DNA of 64,000 nucleotides from the human T2T-CHM13v2.0 reference genome, Homo sapiens: NCBI GenBank assembly GCA_009914755.4, contig CP086569.2, positions 22,816,001 to 22,880,000 of the forward strand, read 5' to 3'. Shown piece by piece: positions 45,722 to 59,873 of this stretch (position 1 is its first letter; each line of letters starts with the position of its first letter). The notes under the pieces were generated by a model. It saw only the letters and a program-made list of their open reading frames with translations, ran no database searches and was not told where the DNA came from. The position numbers and the translations under genes were made by a program.

Positions 45722-46008
45722 TTCTTTTTTTTTTTTTTTTGTTTTTTTTGAGATGGAGTCTGCCCTGTTGCCCAGGTTGGAGAGCATTGGTGCAATCTTG
45801 GCTCACTGCAAGCTTTGCCTCCCGGGTTCACGCCATCCTCTGGCCTCAGCGTCTGGAGTAGCTGGGACTGCAGGCACCTGCCACAACGCCCGGCTAATTT
45901 TTTGTGTTTTTAGTAGAGACTGCGTTTTACCGTGTTAGTCAGGATGGGCCCAATCTCCTGATCTCATGATCCACATGCCTCGGCCTCCCAAAAGTTCTAG
46001 GATTCAAG
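45722..46008 (-). mobile_element. Alu (minus orientation), present only in copy 2
   Basis: Poly-T then gagatggagtctgccctgttgcccaggttggagagcattggtgcaatcttggctcactgcaagc...ggattacagg in reverse-complement form. The copy-1 site (about 26860) is empty. Confidence 0.9.
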
Positions 46009-48824
46009 GACTGAAAATGTTGATTCACTTTTAGATTATGACAATTTATACACAGCAAAATTTAATGCTCTTTACATAAAAAATATTAGACTACTTAAAC
46101 AAAACTTTCAAAAATTCCTGCAGCTACCAGAATTAGAAAAGTAAAATTAGGGTTGAGACACTCCCCTTCTAGAAAACTGGACTTCAATGCATCACCACTG
46201 CTGGAAAAAATAGTCATGGAACAGGAAAACAAACAGTGAGATACTTTGAAATAGCCATTCTGCACAGAAGAGAGCTTCTCTCAATTAAAAAAAAAAATCC
46301 CAAATAATAAAAAAACCCCCAAAACTCTACCGATATATGATACTTGATGTTCAAGTTTAATAGCATGCTGATAGAGGTGTGCTTCCTTACTCAATTTTGA
46401 ATACATTTCTGCACATGTATATTATAAAATTCAGGAAACAGCCAAATCACAAGTTAATTCTTGACATGAATTTACAGTTAATCCTATTCTAAGCAGCACA
46501 TTTGAAAGCACTGATATACCCAACAGTTACACAGATTATTTCATAATGAAAAACACAAAGTTTACCATCACTAATACCCAGTAACTATAGTCACTTAATG
46601 TCTGCTACTCAATAATAATGCAGAAGGCAAGCTTGTATTGAAACTGGCTTAAACTCAAGTACTTTTCTTGCTAAACATCAAACTTTATTATTCCAGGAAA
46701 CTAAGATTTAGATTAAACAAATAAATACTAAACCTAATTTAAATTCTGTCTTCGAGTCTATAAAAGTAAGAGATTAGTGGCCTATGGTCAGTTTAAATTT
46801 AGGTTTTAGAGAGTTGGTATGAAACTGTTTAACTAGACCACTGAAATGGTTAAAATTGGGGGGTCATTTTAATAAAGTAACATTTTCTATTTAAGAAAAA
46901 TATTTATGGAGCAAAATTACATGAAACATATTTGGGTCTGTGGTTGTGATACAAATTCTTAGAAATTTAAACATATCCTCCTTAAGATGGAGCTGACATT
47001 TTTATCCCAAGGATAATGAAAAATGGATGAGTATGTTGTTGGAATATAACCTATTAAAAAATTGCTTTTGGAAATCTTGTGAATGAGTCTTAATCCAGAT
47101 CTGTTAGGAGTAGATTATAAAATTGCATTTGGAAAGCTAATCAATGAGTCAGAATCCAAATTCTTCTGTAGTGGAGTCAGCATAATTGTTGCTAATTTTT
47201 GCATTTTTGAAAAATATTTTCTTATTGGCTGAGGAAATTAAGGGAGCCTGGACTTGGGAAGAAAAGCTAATTTGAAAAGTCAGTCATAAAAATCACATTA
47301 TCTTTGAGGCAAAGTTTAATAAATGCCAGCTCTAAGAATTGAAACTTCACCCCTATTCCATTTTATTTCCTATGTAGATAGCAGTTATTTGAGGATAGAT
47401 GGCGTATATGTGAATTCGTGGTCTCATCCCTTGAAAGCTGGCATGTTACAGGTCCCTATCAAGAAGCATCACATATTCCAATGAGTGTCTTAATAGAACT
47501 GCTCTAGCAACAAATGTGAACATGCCACAAATTTCCGGAGTATGAACAATCATTTTAACAAAGGGTTGCCTTTTAAAATTGCTAACTTAAAACCTCTCAT
47601 ATTTTTTCTGAATAAAAAGATTTAACCACTGGGAAGTTTTCCTTGGAGATACATCCCAGTAGCTTGAGATAGAAAGTGAGGTATTTGAACATTTACATTA
47701 GTTTGGTGGAATACATATGTTTACTGCAGAGCAGCCATGTGATGATTTGTCAGAGCTGTAAATGCTTCAGCTGAAACACTCTGCCAAATATTTATGTGTA
47801 AGAATTGAGTTATTCATTTTACTACGACTTGATATCTTGCAGTTCCTGTTCCTTCTTTGCTTGGGTATCTTCACAAGCCTGCATTGTGTTGGCATCCAAG
47901 TAAGCTCTGTTAGAAGACAGTATCATGAGAATGTGGATCTAGAAAAGAAGGGTGAGTAGGATGTCTAGAGAGCATGTGAGAAGGCAAAGCATCATGCTAG
48001 TTAGGTTAGATGGAGTTGACGTTGAAGGGGAAAAGTGTTATTCTGTATTAATATTTGCTCTATTGCAGAGCTGTGAAATTCTGAAAACATGCTCTACTAC
48101 TTGGCTTCACATTTTGAAACTGAAGAAAAGTAAGTACACAAACATTGCAAAGTGTTTCTATTGATGACTAAATGTCTGTATACTCATTAGTCTAGATGAG
48201 TCACATATATAACACATCTCACTACAATTGGGGCTTGTCTATATAAATAGATATTCATAAAATTTGCCTCAGATGTATATTGTGATAATGCTACTGAGGA
48301 ATTTATGTTTGTGACTGTTATATTATCTTTAAAATTTTTTAATATTTTGATGTTTCATATTTTGTCTGTTGCCTTGCATCTATAGTTCTCCATCTTTATT
48401 CCTTGCATTTTTTCTAAAATTCTCATTTTCCTTATATAATAACAGTGGCCTAATTTTTTTGGATAAATACTTGTTAATTTTTTCTAAATCCTTATTTTCA
48501 ATATTTCAGTGTGATTATTCCTAGGTGAAAGCAAATTTTTATCAATCTAACGGTAGAGTATTTTATATTTTAACACATGAGTTTAAACAGCTTACATCTA
48601 ATATGGTTACTCTCTTATCTAAATAACTAACACCTGCTCAGTCAGTTTTTCATTTACCCTAGATTTTCTTTGGCTCTGCCTTTGCCTCCTATCTGCCTTT
48701 GTTCTTCTCTCCCTTTCCCCACCCGTCACCTGTTTTTCTAATTGTATTCATTTACTTTTCTTACTCGTATTTTTTTCTTTTTGTGCTTTTGACATTAATC
48801 ACCAAATTTCTACAGTTTCTGTAG

Positions 48825-48900
48825 TTAATCAAATTCAAAAATCAAATTAAAAAAATCAGAAAATCAAATTAAAAAAATTAAAGAATCAAATTAAAAAAAT
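48825..48900. repeat. Short minisatellite, roughly 20-bp unit (aatcaaattaaaaaaat) x 3-4, present only in copy 2
   Basis: Direct reading of the sequence. The homologous copy-1 position (about 29650) has a single unit. Confidence 0.7.
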
Positions 48901-50664
48901 TCAATAGCATTTTTTAAACAAAGTAAAACCTATGTCTAGCCCCGTTCAGAAAACAAAACAAACAAACAAACAAAAACTTCCTGCCTACCTCTTTTATTTT
49001 GAGATTTATTTTTCTCTTTGCTAAAATAAAATAAGCTTTATGTTTCTTTCTCTTGGTCTTTTGATAAGTCTTTAATATTGGCATAATCTTTGAGAGTTAA
49101 AAATATGTTTCTAGTAAATGATAATTTATGTGGATAAATATTTTCTGTAGAGATTATTTTCAAAATCTGTGTGTTTCCCTTTCTGTATATTTTTGTCTTC
49201 TTTTGTTTCTTGTAAATGTATATAAAACCTTCCACCACTGAGTTCCACTTTCCTGACTTCTGTTTCATTTACGGTCACCAGATATAATACAGGATTACCA
49301 GTTATATTTTCATTTTAAATAAGCAAATAGCATTTTAGTATAATTCTCAATATTCTAGTAACTTACTAAAATTCTCGTTATCTCATGGGACAGGCTCATA
49401 CTGAAAACAAATTCTTTATTGTTTGTCAAAAAGTAATCAAATTTTAAATTGAAATGTTATGTCCCTGCACCTGGCAAACTTACTACAGATCAACATAGGA
49501 AAGTACTTTTCCTACTGTACTTGTTCGGGGTCTACTGCAGAAGAAACAAACAAACAAAATATTATTTGAGTTCCTTTAATATATGGTTGATTTTTCAATA
49601 ATGTATAATTGTCTATTTAAAAAAGATTATTTTTTTCCTCCTACCCACATCTTTTTTCCTTTAGATTCCATTTCTTCATCTCAGAGAACTCCTAAACCTA
49701 CTCATTATGAAGACTTTTTTGATTCAACTTTTTATCCTTGAGTATGACCATTAAGTGTGTCTTCCTTTGCTACCCCTTAGGACATGGAACATCCATCTGT
49801 GAATTGTTAATGTCGTCTGTGAAGTGATAAAGCAATCTTTAGTTCTTGAGTGTAAAGTGATTCTTAGTGGGGCAGTTTTGTGTTAACCTTTTTAGGTTAA
49901 CCTTTTAGGTTAATTGTTCAATCTAGTATTGTATACCCATTTCTGCCTTTGGGGACCTTATATTTTGTAGGCAACATGAAAAAATCTAACCTCAGTCTTG
50001 AATATACCACAGGATAGAGGCTGAGATATAAATCTTTCTCTCATGTATTTGAATACAAACCTCATTCTGTGTTAGATCCTAGTATCTGTGAGACATGACT
50101 CTCTGTACTGACTTAAGTATTTTACCAAAATGTCTGAATCATGCTTTCTTCCACCAATTATTTAGGCAGGGTGCCCAACCCCACTGGACACAGAAATGGT
50201 CTCTTTCCTGAAAATATATCTAAATTTACTCCTCAGTTTACTGTATCAATGAACTGTCAGGTTTAATCTCACACTAATATTGCTGGAGTCCAAACCTCAG
50301 GGATGTTTCTTTTCTTGATAGTCAGTGTGTTATTCTTTTTTAAAATTTTATCTTACACTTAGAAGCTCTGGCTTTCATAGGAGTTGTTTTTGCAGCTTTT
50401 AACTTTGCTCCAGTGAACTGAAAAATAAACGCTTGATTTCTATTAAATCATTTGTCACTTAACAAATAAAATCTCTGACAAAGGTCTTTCTACTATAACC
50501 CTTCAGCATTTGAGGAAGAACACATTTTTGCTTATATTTTCTGGAAGTCTTCCCAATTTTGTTTTATTTTGAAGGGTAGGATATGTATTTTATAATTTTT
50601 TCATTGATCTATATTATTAATATGCTCTAAATCATTGGCTATTTTACATATATTATAAAGGCTT

Positions 50665-51067
50665 TGTTGGGAACAGGCCCCAAAATCTGGTCATAGATTG
50701 GCCCCAAAACTGGCCATAAGCAATATCTCTATAGCACTGTGACATGCTTCTGATTGCTATGATGACTACAATGAAGGTTGTTTATCAGAATGAAGGCCAA
50801 GGACACCTGGCACACCCAGGGCAGAAAATCACTGAAGGTATTCCTGAACCACAAATAATACCATGAACGATCTGTGCCTCAAAGACACTTTCCCACTGCA
50901 GATAACTAGCCAGAGCCCATCCTTTGTCTCCTGTTTTAGTTAATCTGTAATCTATAGAAACAATGCTTATCACTGGCTTGCTGTCAATAAATATGTGTGT
51001 TAAACTCTGTTTATGGCTCTCAGCTCTGAAGGCTGTTAGCCCCCTGATTCTCACTGTGCACACTATA

Positions 51068-51105
<38 letters not shown>

Positions 51106-54100
51106 TTTAATGCCGCTAGTGCCATTGGGTTATGGTTTCCATGACCGAGCTGGCCTCGGCAAGTGGTGACTATACGGGGTCTCAAACCCAGGTCAAAGGT
51201 CACCGGAGCAATGGTTGGAGAATGTAGGACTACACTGGAGGACATCTGGCTACTCTTAAGCAATCGCCATAGTGAGTTAGAAGGGGAGTTTGGAAGCATC
51301 AGGTTAACAATGGGACAAGTCCAGGTTCTGGTTTGTTCCACCTTGGAACATTTTCACATTGATGATTAGGAGGAAGGAGAGTATAGCAAAGTAACAGAAG
51401 AGGTGACAGAATAGGTTTGTTTGCCAGCTAAAGCTAAAGTGGCAAAGGAGAGAGAGGTTTGTCTCTGCCCTTCTTCACTCCCTCACTATTTTGAAGAAAA
51501 AGAGTGGTCTGACCCTGTAGATCTTTCTTTTCTGGAACCCACTGACCAAAAACTAGTTGCCCCATGATTGTTCAAGCAGTGCCATGAGCAATTGCTCTTC
51601 GTTCTATTCAGGCAGGAATTCAGCAACCTAGACGAGAGGGTGATATAGAGGCTTGGCAGCTCCCTGTTAGGATACATGCCCCAGGTCAACAGGGAAATAT
51701 TATCACTACTTTTGAGCCTTTTCCTTTTAAATTACTCAAAGAATTTAAACCAGCTATTAATCAATATGGACCAGGTTCTTCTTTGGTAATGGTACCGTTA
51801 AAGAATGTTGCTGTCCCCAGTCAGATGATTCCTACTGAATGGGATGCTCTTACGTGAGCTTGCCTGACTCTCGCTCACTTTTTACAGTTTAAAACTTGGT
51901 GAGGAGAAGAAGCTTTTTTCAGCCTTCTCACAATGCGCAGGCCCAACCTCAAATTAATATAACTACAGACCATCTTTTGGGGGTAGGCAGCTGCGTTGGT
52001 TTGGATGCACAAGTGGTCATGCTGGGTGATGCCATAGAACAGCTTAGAGGAGTATGCATTAGAGTTTGGAAAAATAACTTCAGGAGGAGAACAATATCTT
52101 TCCTTTAGTGCTATAAAACAGGGACCAAAAGAACCATATGCAGATTTTATAGCTTGGTTATAGGAGTCTCTTAAAAAATGACTGCAGATTTAGCTGCTGA
52201 GGATATAATGTTGCAGTTATGAGCTTTCGACAATGAAAATCCATATTTCCAGGTGGCTCTGTGACCTATTAGAGGGAAAGCACATTTAATTGACTATATC
52301 AAGGCCTGTGATGGTATCAGAGGTAATCTGCATAAAGCTACTTTGGTGGTGCAAGCCATGACAGGACTGAAAGTGGGTAAAGGAAATACTCCATTTCCTG
52401 GAGCTTGTTTTAACTGTGGGAAGCATGGTCACACTGGAAAAGAATGTGAAAAAAATCAGTGAGTCAGGCCACAAGTTGAGGGATAAAAGGAAAACTGCTG
52501 AGCCTGGAATATGTCCAAAATGCAAAAAGAAAATTACTCGGATAATCAGTGTCACTCTAAGTTTGATAAAGATGGAAACCTGATTTTGGGAAATGCCAGG
52601 AGGGGCCGTCCCAGTCCGCTTTCTAAACCAGGGCATTTCCAGCTCAGGAAATGCCCTATATTTCATCTCAAAAGGTGGAGTTTGCAGCTGTAATTGAGGT
52701 ATGGACTTGTTTTAGTATGCCTATAAATGTGATTTCTGATTCTTCATATGTGGTTCATTCTACACAGTTACTTGAAAATGCTCAGCTATGATTCCACACA
52801 GATGAGCAACTGATGACTTTATTTACCCAATTACACACAGCAGCTAGAAGTAGAATGAACCCTTTTTGCATTACTCATATTAGAGCTCATAAACCTCCTC
52901 CAGGACATTTGACTGCAGGGAATCAAATGGCTGATCCGCCAGTTGCTACTACAATATCTAATGCCAGACACTTTCACAATTCAACCCATGTTAATGTTTT
53001 TGGTCTCAAACACAGTACAGCATTATCTGGAAAGAAGTGAAAGCTATTATCCAGCGATACCCAACTTGCCAAATGGTGCATTCCTCATCTTTTACAGGAG
53101 GAGTTAATCCTCGAGGATTAGGACCTAATTCTCTTTGGCAAATGAATGTCACACATTTTCCCTTGTTTGGGAGACTAGCTTATATACATGTATGTGTGGA
53201 CACATTTTCTCACTTTGTCTGAGCTACTTGCCAATCAAGAGAGTCTTCTGCCTGTGTTAAATGTCACCTTTTGCAGTGTTTTGTGGTGATGGGCATTCCA
53301 GCTTCTTTAAAAAGGACAGTGACCCAGGCTATAGTAGCCAAGTTCTAGCTACATTTTTCTCTATATGGAATATTAAACACATTACTGGTATCTCATATAA
53401 TTTTCAAGGACAAGCCATAGTGGAAAGAATGAATCTCTTCCTTAAACAACAGTTGCAAAAGCAAAAGGTGGAAACAGGGACTGTGGGATGCCACATATGA
53501 AATTGAATCTAGCATGATTTACTCTAAATTTTTTGAGCTTGTCTAGGACCAGATGCTATCTGCAGCCAAACAGCATCTACAGAAGCCAGCTGCAAAGATA
53601 GAAGCAGAAAAACTGGTTTGGTGGAGAGATCCAATAATGGAAAGTTGGGAAATAGGTAAAATAATAACATCGAGTGGAGGTTATGCTTGTGTTTCTCCAG
53701 TACCAAATCAACTGCCAATGTGCATGCCATTGAGACATCTAAAGCCCTGCTATGAGCCAGATACCAAGAAAGTGGTTTTGAGAGGATTCCAAAGACACAT
53801 CGGTGGCAGTCTTGTCTAAGTTGACCCTGAGGAGGACCCCAAATATCATGAGCAACACCCATCAAAAGCAGCCACCCACCTGAGGACAGATCAAGAAGCT
53901 GTCACAGATGGTGAGAGAAAATCTGAGGTGGGACAACCAGTCCCAGTGAGTAATTTAATGATAGCTATCAAAGCGGTGATCACCATTGCCATGAGTATTT
54001 CTTTAACAGAACTGACACAGTCCTGTCCATGCTGACACACATGCTTTCTGGTCTCAGTATATTTCATAATAAATCTGCTCCTATAATTGAGGCATACCAC

Positions 54101-55287
54101 CCTTAAAAACCTATTTGTAAACAGAGCTGGACGTGGCCAGAGAAAATGAATGTACTTGTTTGGGAAAATTGCATTGCAGAACAGACTGAGGTGCTGTGTA
54201 ACAATTCCTAGGGAATCCTTATTGTTTGGCCCCCTAAGGGGATGTTTACCTTAAATTGCAACTCTCAGTCTATGTGCCACAGCCACATTATGTTCAGCTG
54301 GTCTGAACAAAGCCATCAGATGGTAAAAATGGTAAGAAGTACCGCAAGAGTTCCTCTGGAAACATGGCGGTATAATGGCACCTCAACCTCAAATGATATG
54401 GCTCGCTCTAGGAGCTAAAAATAAGGATTTGTGGAACCTATTAATGGCTCTTCGTAGTATAAACATTTGGGAAAGAATAAAAAAGCATCTAGAAGGACAC
54501 TCTATGAACATGTCTTTGGATATTGTAAATTAAAATAACAATTATTTGAAGTATCCCAGGCACACTTAACCTTAATGCCAGGAACAGGGGTACTTGAAGG
54601 AGCTGCAGATGGATTAGCAGCTACTAATCCAATAAAATGGATAAGAACTCTTGGAGGTTCTGTGATTTTAATGATGATTGTGCTTTTAGCCTCTGTTGTT
54701 TGTCTTTGTATAGTCTGCAGATGCAGATCCCGACTCCTGCGAGAAGTAGCTCAGAGTAGTAAAGCTGCATTTGCTTTTATTGTCTTAGAAAAACAAAAAA
54801 AGAAGACATGTTGGGAAAAGGCCCCCAAATTTGGCCATCGACAGGCCCCAAAACTGGCCATAAGCAAAATCTCTGAAGCACTATGACATGCTCAAAATAG
54901 ATATGACGTCTACACTGAAGGTTGTGGGTTTACCAGAATGTGGGCAAGGAACACCTGGCCCACCCAGGGCAGAAAACCACTTAAGGCGTTCTTGAACCAC
55001 AAATAATATCATGGGTGATCTGTGCCTCAACGACATGTTCCTGCTGCAGATAACTAACGAGAACCCCTCCCTTTGTCTTCCATTTTACTGAATCTATAAT
55101 CTATAGAAACAACGCTGATCTCTGGCTTGCTGTCAAGAAATATGTGGGTAAAACTCTGTTCATGGCTGTCAGCTCTGAAGGCTGTCAGCCCACTGATCCC
55201 ACTCTGCACTTTAGATTTCTGTGTGTGTGTCTTTAATTCCTCTAGTGCCACTGGGTTAAGGTCTTCACGACCTAGCTGATCTCAGCA
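50665..55287 (+). mobile_element. Betaretrovirus-like (HERV-K/HML-type) provirus, internally deleted. It has a 5' LTR at 50665-51161 (contains (GT)n at 51069-51106), gag CA/NC at about 51500-52640, pol RNaseH/IN at about 52680-53820, an env TM remnant at about 54575-54886 and a 3' LTR at 54809-55287.
   Basis: Both LTRs begin tgttgggaa and end ...tc(g/a)gca. gag matches HERV-K Gag (QYGPGSS...; FLQFKTW; AIEQLRGVCIRVW; KQGPKEPYADFIAWL). Two CCHC zinc knuckles are present (CFNCGKHGHTGKEC at about 52412-52453, and CPKC...C.HSKFDKDGN at ORF 52511-52693). pol matches HERV-K RNaseH/IN (QKVEFAAVIEVW...PINVISDSSYVVHST...NPFCITHIRAH...WQMNVTHFPLFGRLAYIHVCVDTFSHF...SYNFQGQAIVERMN...LVWWRDPIMESWEIGKIITSSGGYACVS). 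Flanks look like a roughly 6-bp TSD (aggctt / agactt). The homologous site in copy 1 (about 31690-31700) is empty. Confidence 0.85.
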
Positions 55288-55936
55288 GACTTCTCTAAGA
55301 ATATTTAATTTTGGTGAAGACTTTATTTTATAAAACCACTTTATTGTAGGTAAATCATATCATGTCATTCTCTATAATCATATCTTCCCATGTTTTGCGT
55401 TATGAGATTTGGTTTGCATGGAACTTTCAAAGCCGTTCTCAACCATTCACTTCCTAGGATTTCCAGTTACGATGCAACAGCCCAGTGTTTCCTCCAAACA
55501 ACTAAAACACCATGGATATAACGAGAAAAAAACAAGGACAGGCTCTGAAAGGCAGAAAGAGGAAGGCAGTTTGTCTAGGGACTTTAGGACTTAAAGATTG
55601 ATAACATTGTCACTTTTCTGGGTTTTCCTATTTTCTTCCATATATCACAGATGATGGACTGTAGAAGCTTCCAACACAGAATCTCCAATAGGCACAGATA
55701 AAAAGGACTTCAAGCAAATCCTGTTCTCTCTCAGCCAAAGGACCAGGAGAGGATGGCCTAACCATACACAATCACACAAAACATTTCTAGGGGTAATAAC
55801 CAAGCTATTCCAGACAAACGCTACGAGAAAAAAAAAAAAAAAGCTAGTATTGCCATTTGTGTGGAGCCATATACAAAGACAATCTTCTCACGGGGCAGTA
55901 ATGCTTGATTCTCCATAAAGTCAAAGTAGGCAGCAA

Positions 55937-56231
55937 TTTTTTTTTTTTTTTGAGCTGGAGTTTCTTTTTTGTTGACCAGGCTGGAGTGCGATGGTATGCA
56001 ATCTCAGTTCACTGCAAGCTTCACCTCCTGGGTTGAAGCAATTCTCCTGCCTCAGCTCCCTGACTAGCTGAGATAACAGGAATGTGCCTCCACACTGAGC
56101 TAATTTTCCATTTTTTGTAGAGTCGGGGTTTCTCCATGTTAGCCTGGTTTTGAACTCCTGACCTCAGGTGATCCACCTGCCTCGTCCTCCCAGAATGCTG
56201 AGATTACAGGCGTGAGCCACCACATCTGGCC
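55937..56231 (-). mobile_element. Alu (minus orientation)
   Basis: Poly-T followed by the reverse-complement Alu sequence (gagctggagtttc...caggctggagtgcgatgg...gattacaggcgtgagccaccacatctggcc). Confidence 0.9.
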
Positions 56232-59200
56232 AGAGGGAATCTTCTATCACCCTCCCGGAGAAAGCAGAGGAGAGCATTCCAATTCCCTTATGTCAGGAGT
56301 CTCTGGTAGCAAGCTGATCATCTAGGTTGACTCAACAACAACAATTTTTAAAGGGCTAGAGCTGATTAGGACTGATTGCACTGTGTGGTTTGACTGCCTC
56401 CGCACCACCCTCCTCTATTCTATCCTGTCAGTGGGCTTTAGTGGAGAGTTAACCATCTACCACCACCCACCCTCCTAGGAACTGAACAACTGAAGTAAAT
56501 CCAAACTAATTAGCACTCTGCTATTTTCCCACACTGCAGGTCAACAGGACCCCAAATTAGCAACTGTATGATCTACAACTGCTCCAAAGAACATCAAATG
56601 TTTTGATATGCATTTAAACAAAAGAAAACATGTATGAGATCTATGTGCTGAAACATGTAAAACACTGGTGAAAGAAATCAAATAGAGATAATGAGAGATA
56701 CACTGTGTTCATGGATATGAAGACAATATATCCTGTTAATTTTCCCCAGCTTGATCTATATATTTGGTGAAATTCCTATCAGTATCTCAGCAAGAATTTT
56801 TGCAGACAAAGCAAACTTACTCACCATGATAGCTAAGACAATTATGAGTATACAAGTATATAGTGGGAGAAATTCATCAACATTTCTAAGACTTATTACA
56901 CAGCTAAAATGAACATAACAGTTTGGTATTGGCATAGAAATAGATTCATATAAAAATGGAGCAGAAGAGAAGGCCCAGGAATAGAGCCACACTGGTGTGG
57001 ATATGACCAAGTGATATGACACAAATCTGGCAAGCAGAAATCAGTGGAGGAAAAACAGCCTTTAAACAAATGGTGCCAGGGCACGTGGATATTTATAAAT
57101 TTAAGAAATAAAGCCATAACATAAATCTTATACTACAGAAATTAACTCAAAATGTCTCATGAATTTCAATGTAATATAAAATTACAACACATTTTATAAA
57201 ACGTTTTCAGAAAAAAAGAACGTAAAAAAATTCAAGCTTCTTAGTTGTAGCAAAATGTTATTATATTTGATACCAAATGCATAAGCCATAAAAGTAAAAA
57301 AAAAGATTAACTGTATCAAATCAAAATTAAAAACTGCTGCTCTGTGAAGGATCTTATGAAGACATTCAAAAGCCAGTCTGCTAAAGAAAGGAGTACCCTT
57401 CTTGCTGATTGCTGTAGACAACGGGAGGAGAGCAGTACCCTCTCCGCTGAGAGCAGCAGCTGCAACAGAGAGCTTCACAGACCTGCAGAGACATCTAAAT
57501 GACTTGCCGACAGAGAGGAGCCTCTCTCTCTAGAGTGAACACACCATAGGAAGACCTGCCTATAGAGGAGAGCTACCCACTCCTTTGTGAGGTATTGCTC
57601 CTCACAAGAGGGCACTAGCTTCAGGGGTCTGCCCGCAGACCCTGACCCAAATTGCAGATGGATAAACCACACACTAGCACATAGATACTCTGTTTTGCCA
57701 GTCTAGCTGAATGTCTGAGCACCTGCATGACAAGAAAAGTTTGTTACTGAGGCCGGCCCTGAGCAGCTCGCACTCCAGGCATTTATTTAGTATACAATTA
57801 ACAACAGAAGCTTTGAGTCAGCACACTTGTGGATAATTAACCTGGCTGAGAGAGTAGACCTATGAATGATTAAAGCTCAGGTACCGTGGTCTAAAGTAAA
57901 TTACAGTATGGGGCAATATCCTTGGTCGACCTCCCTCCAATTGAATAATTGTTCAATTATTACAAGCTATGTAATCTTTCGGCCTTCCAAAAAGTTTGTG
58001 ACTATTCCCTATACCTTTCCATAATATTTCCATTTCATATTTCTGCCACCGTACTGAAGGAATCCCAACACTTTGAACCGTTTTAGTGCCAAATAGAACT
58101 CTGCTTCTTCTTTACCCTTCACCTGTCTGTGTACCTCATTCTTCCTGCAAACAGGACAAGAAGTCAAGCAAAGGCATCATGGCCACAGAAGTTTCTGGCA
58201 AGAAAAACTGACACCATAGTGATCCTTTAACAGTAGCACTAACATTTCTGTGTGAGATTTTTATTTGAAAGTTAAACATTTGGGGAAATGTTAGGAAACT
58301 CTGAACCATATTATGACATCCTATTTGTTCATTTGTAGCTGGCTTTGTCTGATACCACCATAACAAAGGAAAGTGTATGCTTGTAAAGGAAGGGCACAAT
58401 TCCAAATTCTCTTCTTCACTTCCTTTGACATCCAAGGCAGCCCTTCTAGCTACTGATAAAAAAATATGCAGATTCCAGCTTCAACCTGGGTGTTACTTGT
58501 ACCTCCCTGGCTAGAAGCAGAAGGGTGTCCCCATATGGCAGCATTGAAAACTCTAACTCTCTACTTTCCCTTATGTGATTCCACTCCAGCAGAGGGTTGG
58601 GGTGCCTCATTACTGCCTGGTGCTCTCTATGTTTCAACTTAAACATTGTTGTCCTGGCTAGCTTTTTTGGTTTGCTTTGTTTTCTGTTGTAATGTTTGAC
58701 TAAAGTAGGAAGGCTATTGTAAAAATATTTTTCTCTTTGTAAGGTGTCCCTTTCCTAGCCATGTGGCTATAGAAGTTGGGTTTTGGGAGAACTTTTTGCC
58801 TGTACTTATTTACATTTTTGGGTACCAGCTCCATTAGGATCAAGTCTGTGATAACACCAGGCAAAAAGAATCCAGGAAACTCAACCATCTTATCACTTGT
58901 TGCATCTTAAATTTCCTCACCCGTTTATCTTCTTGCTCCATCCTTCAGTCTTATGTTTGCTTTATATACATTATGTGGTGCTATTAATTGTATTTATGTA
59001 AGGGGGAAAGTACATTTGCTCCATCTACTTCATTACTCAAGTGATGACCCAAGATGAAGAACGTCCGTGATGTTCCTTTTGGGCAGAAAATTCAAAGTAG
59101 TTTTTGTTGTTGAAACAGTTTAGTTTAACCTAGATGGAGAGAGAATACCTAAGAAGGTACAAGGTCTTTGAATCCTAGAGGAAGCTAGGATATTTTCTGG

Positions 59201-59597
59201 GTTAGACTACTCTGTGATTGATTACATTAAAATCTTGTCAGGATGTTCCTCAAAATACAAAGAATTTGCAGAGAGTGGGAATGAACAGATATTCTAATCA
59301 TGCTGATTACTTTACATTTTGCATTTGCTTTCTCTTTTTCCTCATTCACCCTCTCTCTACCCCTCCCTGTGCTTGTTTTATTGTTGCTTTTGTTGTTTTT
59401 TTGACACTTGCATTATTCTGGCCTTAAATTTACAATAATGTATTCCACATTTTAATCTGTCTCAGTCCATCTTTCATTACTTTATCCTTACTTTCTAAAA
59501 TATCATTTTCTTTTTTCTTTGTTGTCTTGGGGTTCACCCAAGTTAATCTTTTCACTTTTTATTTATTTGGCATTATCCATTTTATTGTTGTCCATTC

Positions 59598-59873
<276 letters not shown>

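Larger units (their letters stand above)
41045..55815. repeat. Paralogous segment A', copy 2 of the direct duplication. It is about 10 kb of homologous sequence plus copy-specific insertions, namely two Alus, an (AAT)n microsatellite, a minisatellite and a 4.6-kb HERV-K-like provirus.
   Basis: See copy 1. Homology to copy 1 stops at about 55800, at an A15 run. Confidence 0.85.

Noticed and set aside
55800-55815. An A15 run exactly at the end of duplication copy 2, which could mark a retrotransposed (L1-mediated) copy of a long LTR-initiated transcript
   Set aside because: The other end of copy 2 is continuous with the provirus 3' LTR and is not flanked by a target-site duplication. A 10-kb retrocopy landing precisely after a U3 to recreate an LTR is implausible. 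The A-run is more likely an incidental A-rich tract or later Alu-associated sequence. This remains unconfirmed.
57380-57720. Possible additional repeat or ERV-related sequence (gagaggagcctctctc..., cacaagagggcactagcttcagggg)
   Set aside because: I could not assign it to any family from memory and it has no coding similarity to the ERVs or L1 in the window. It is left unannotated.
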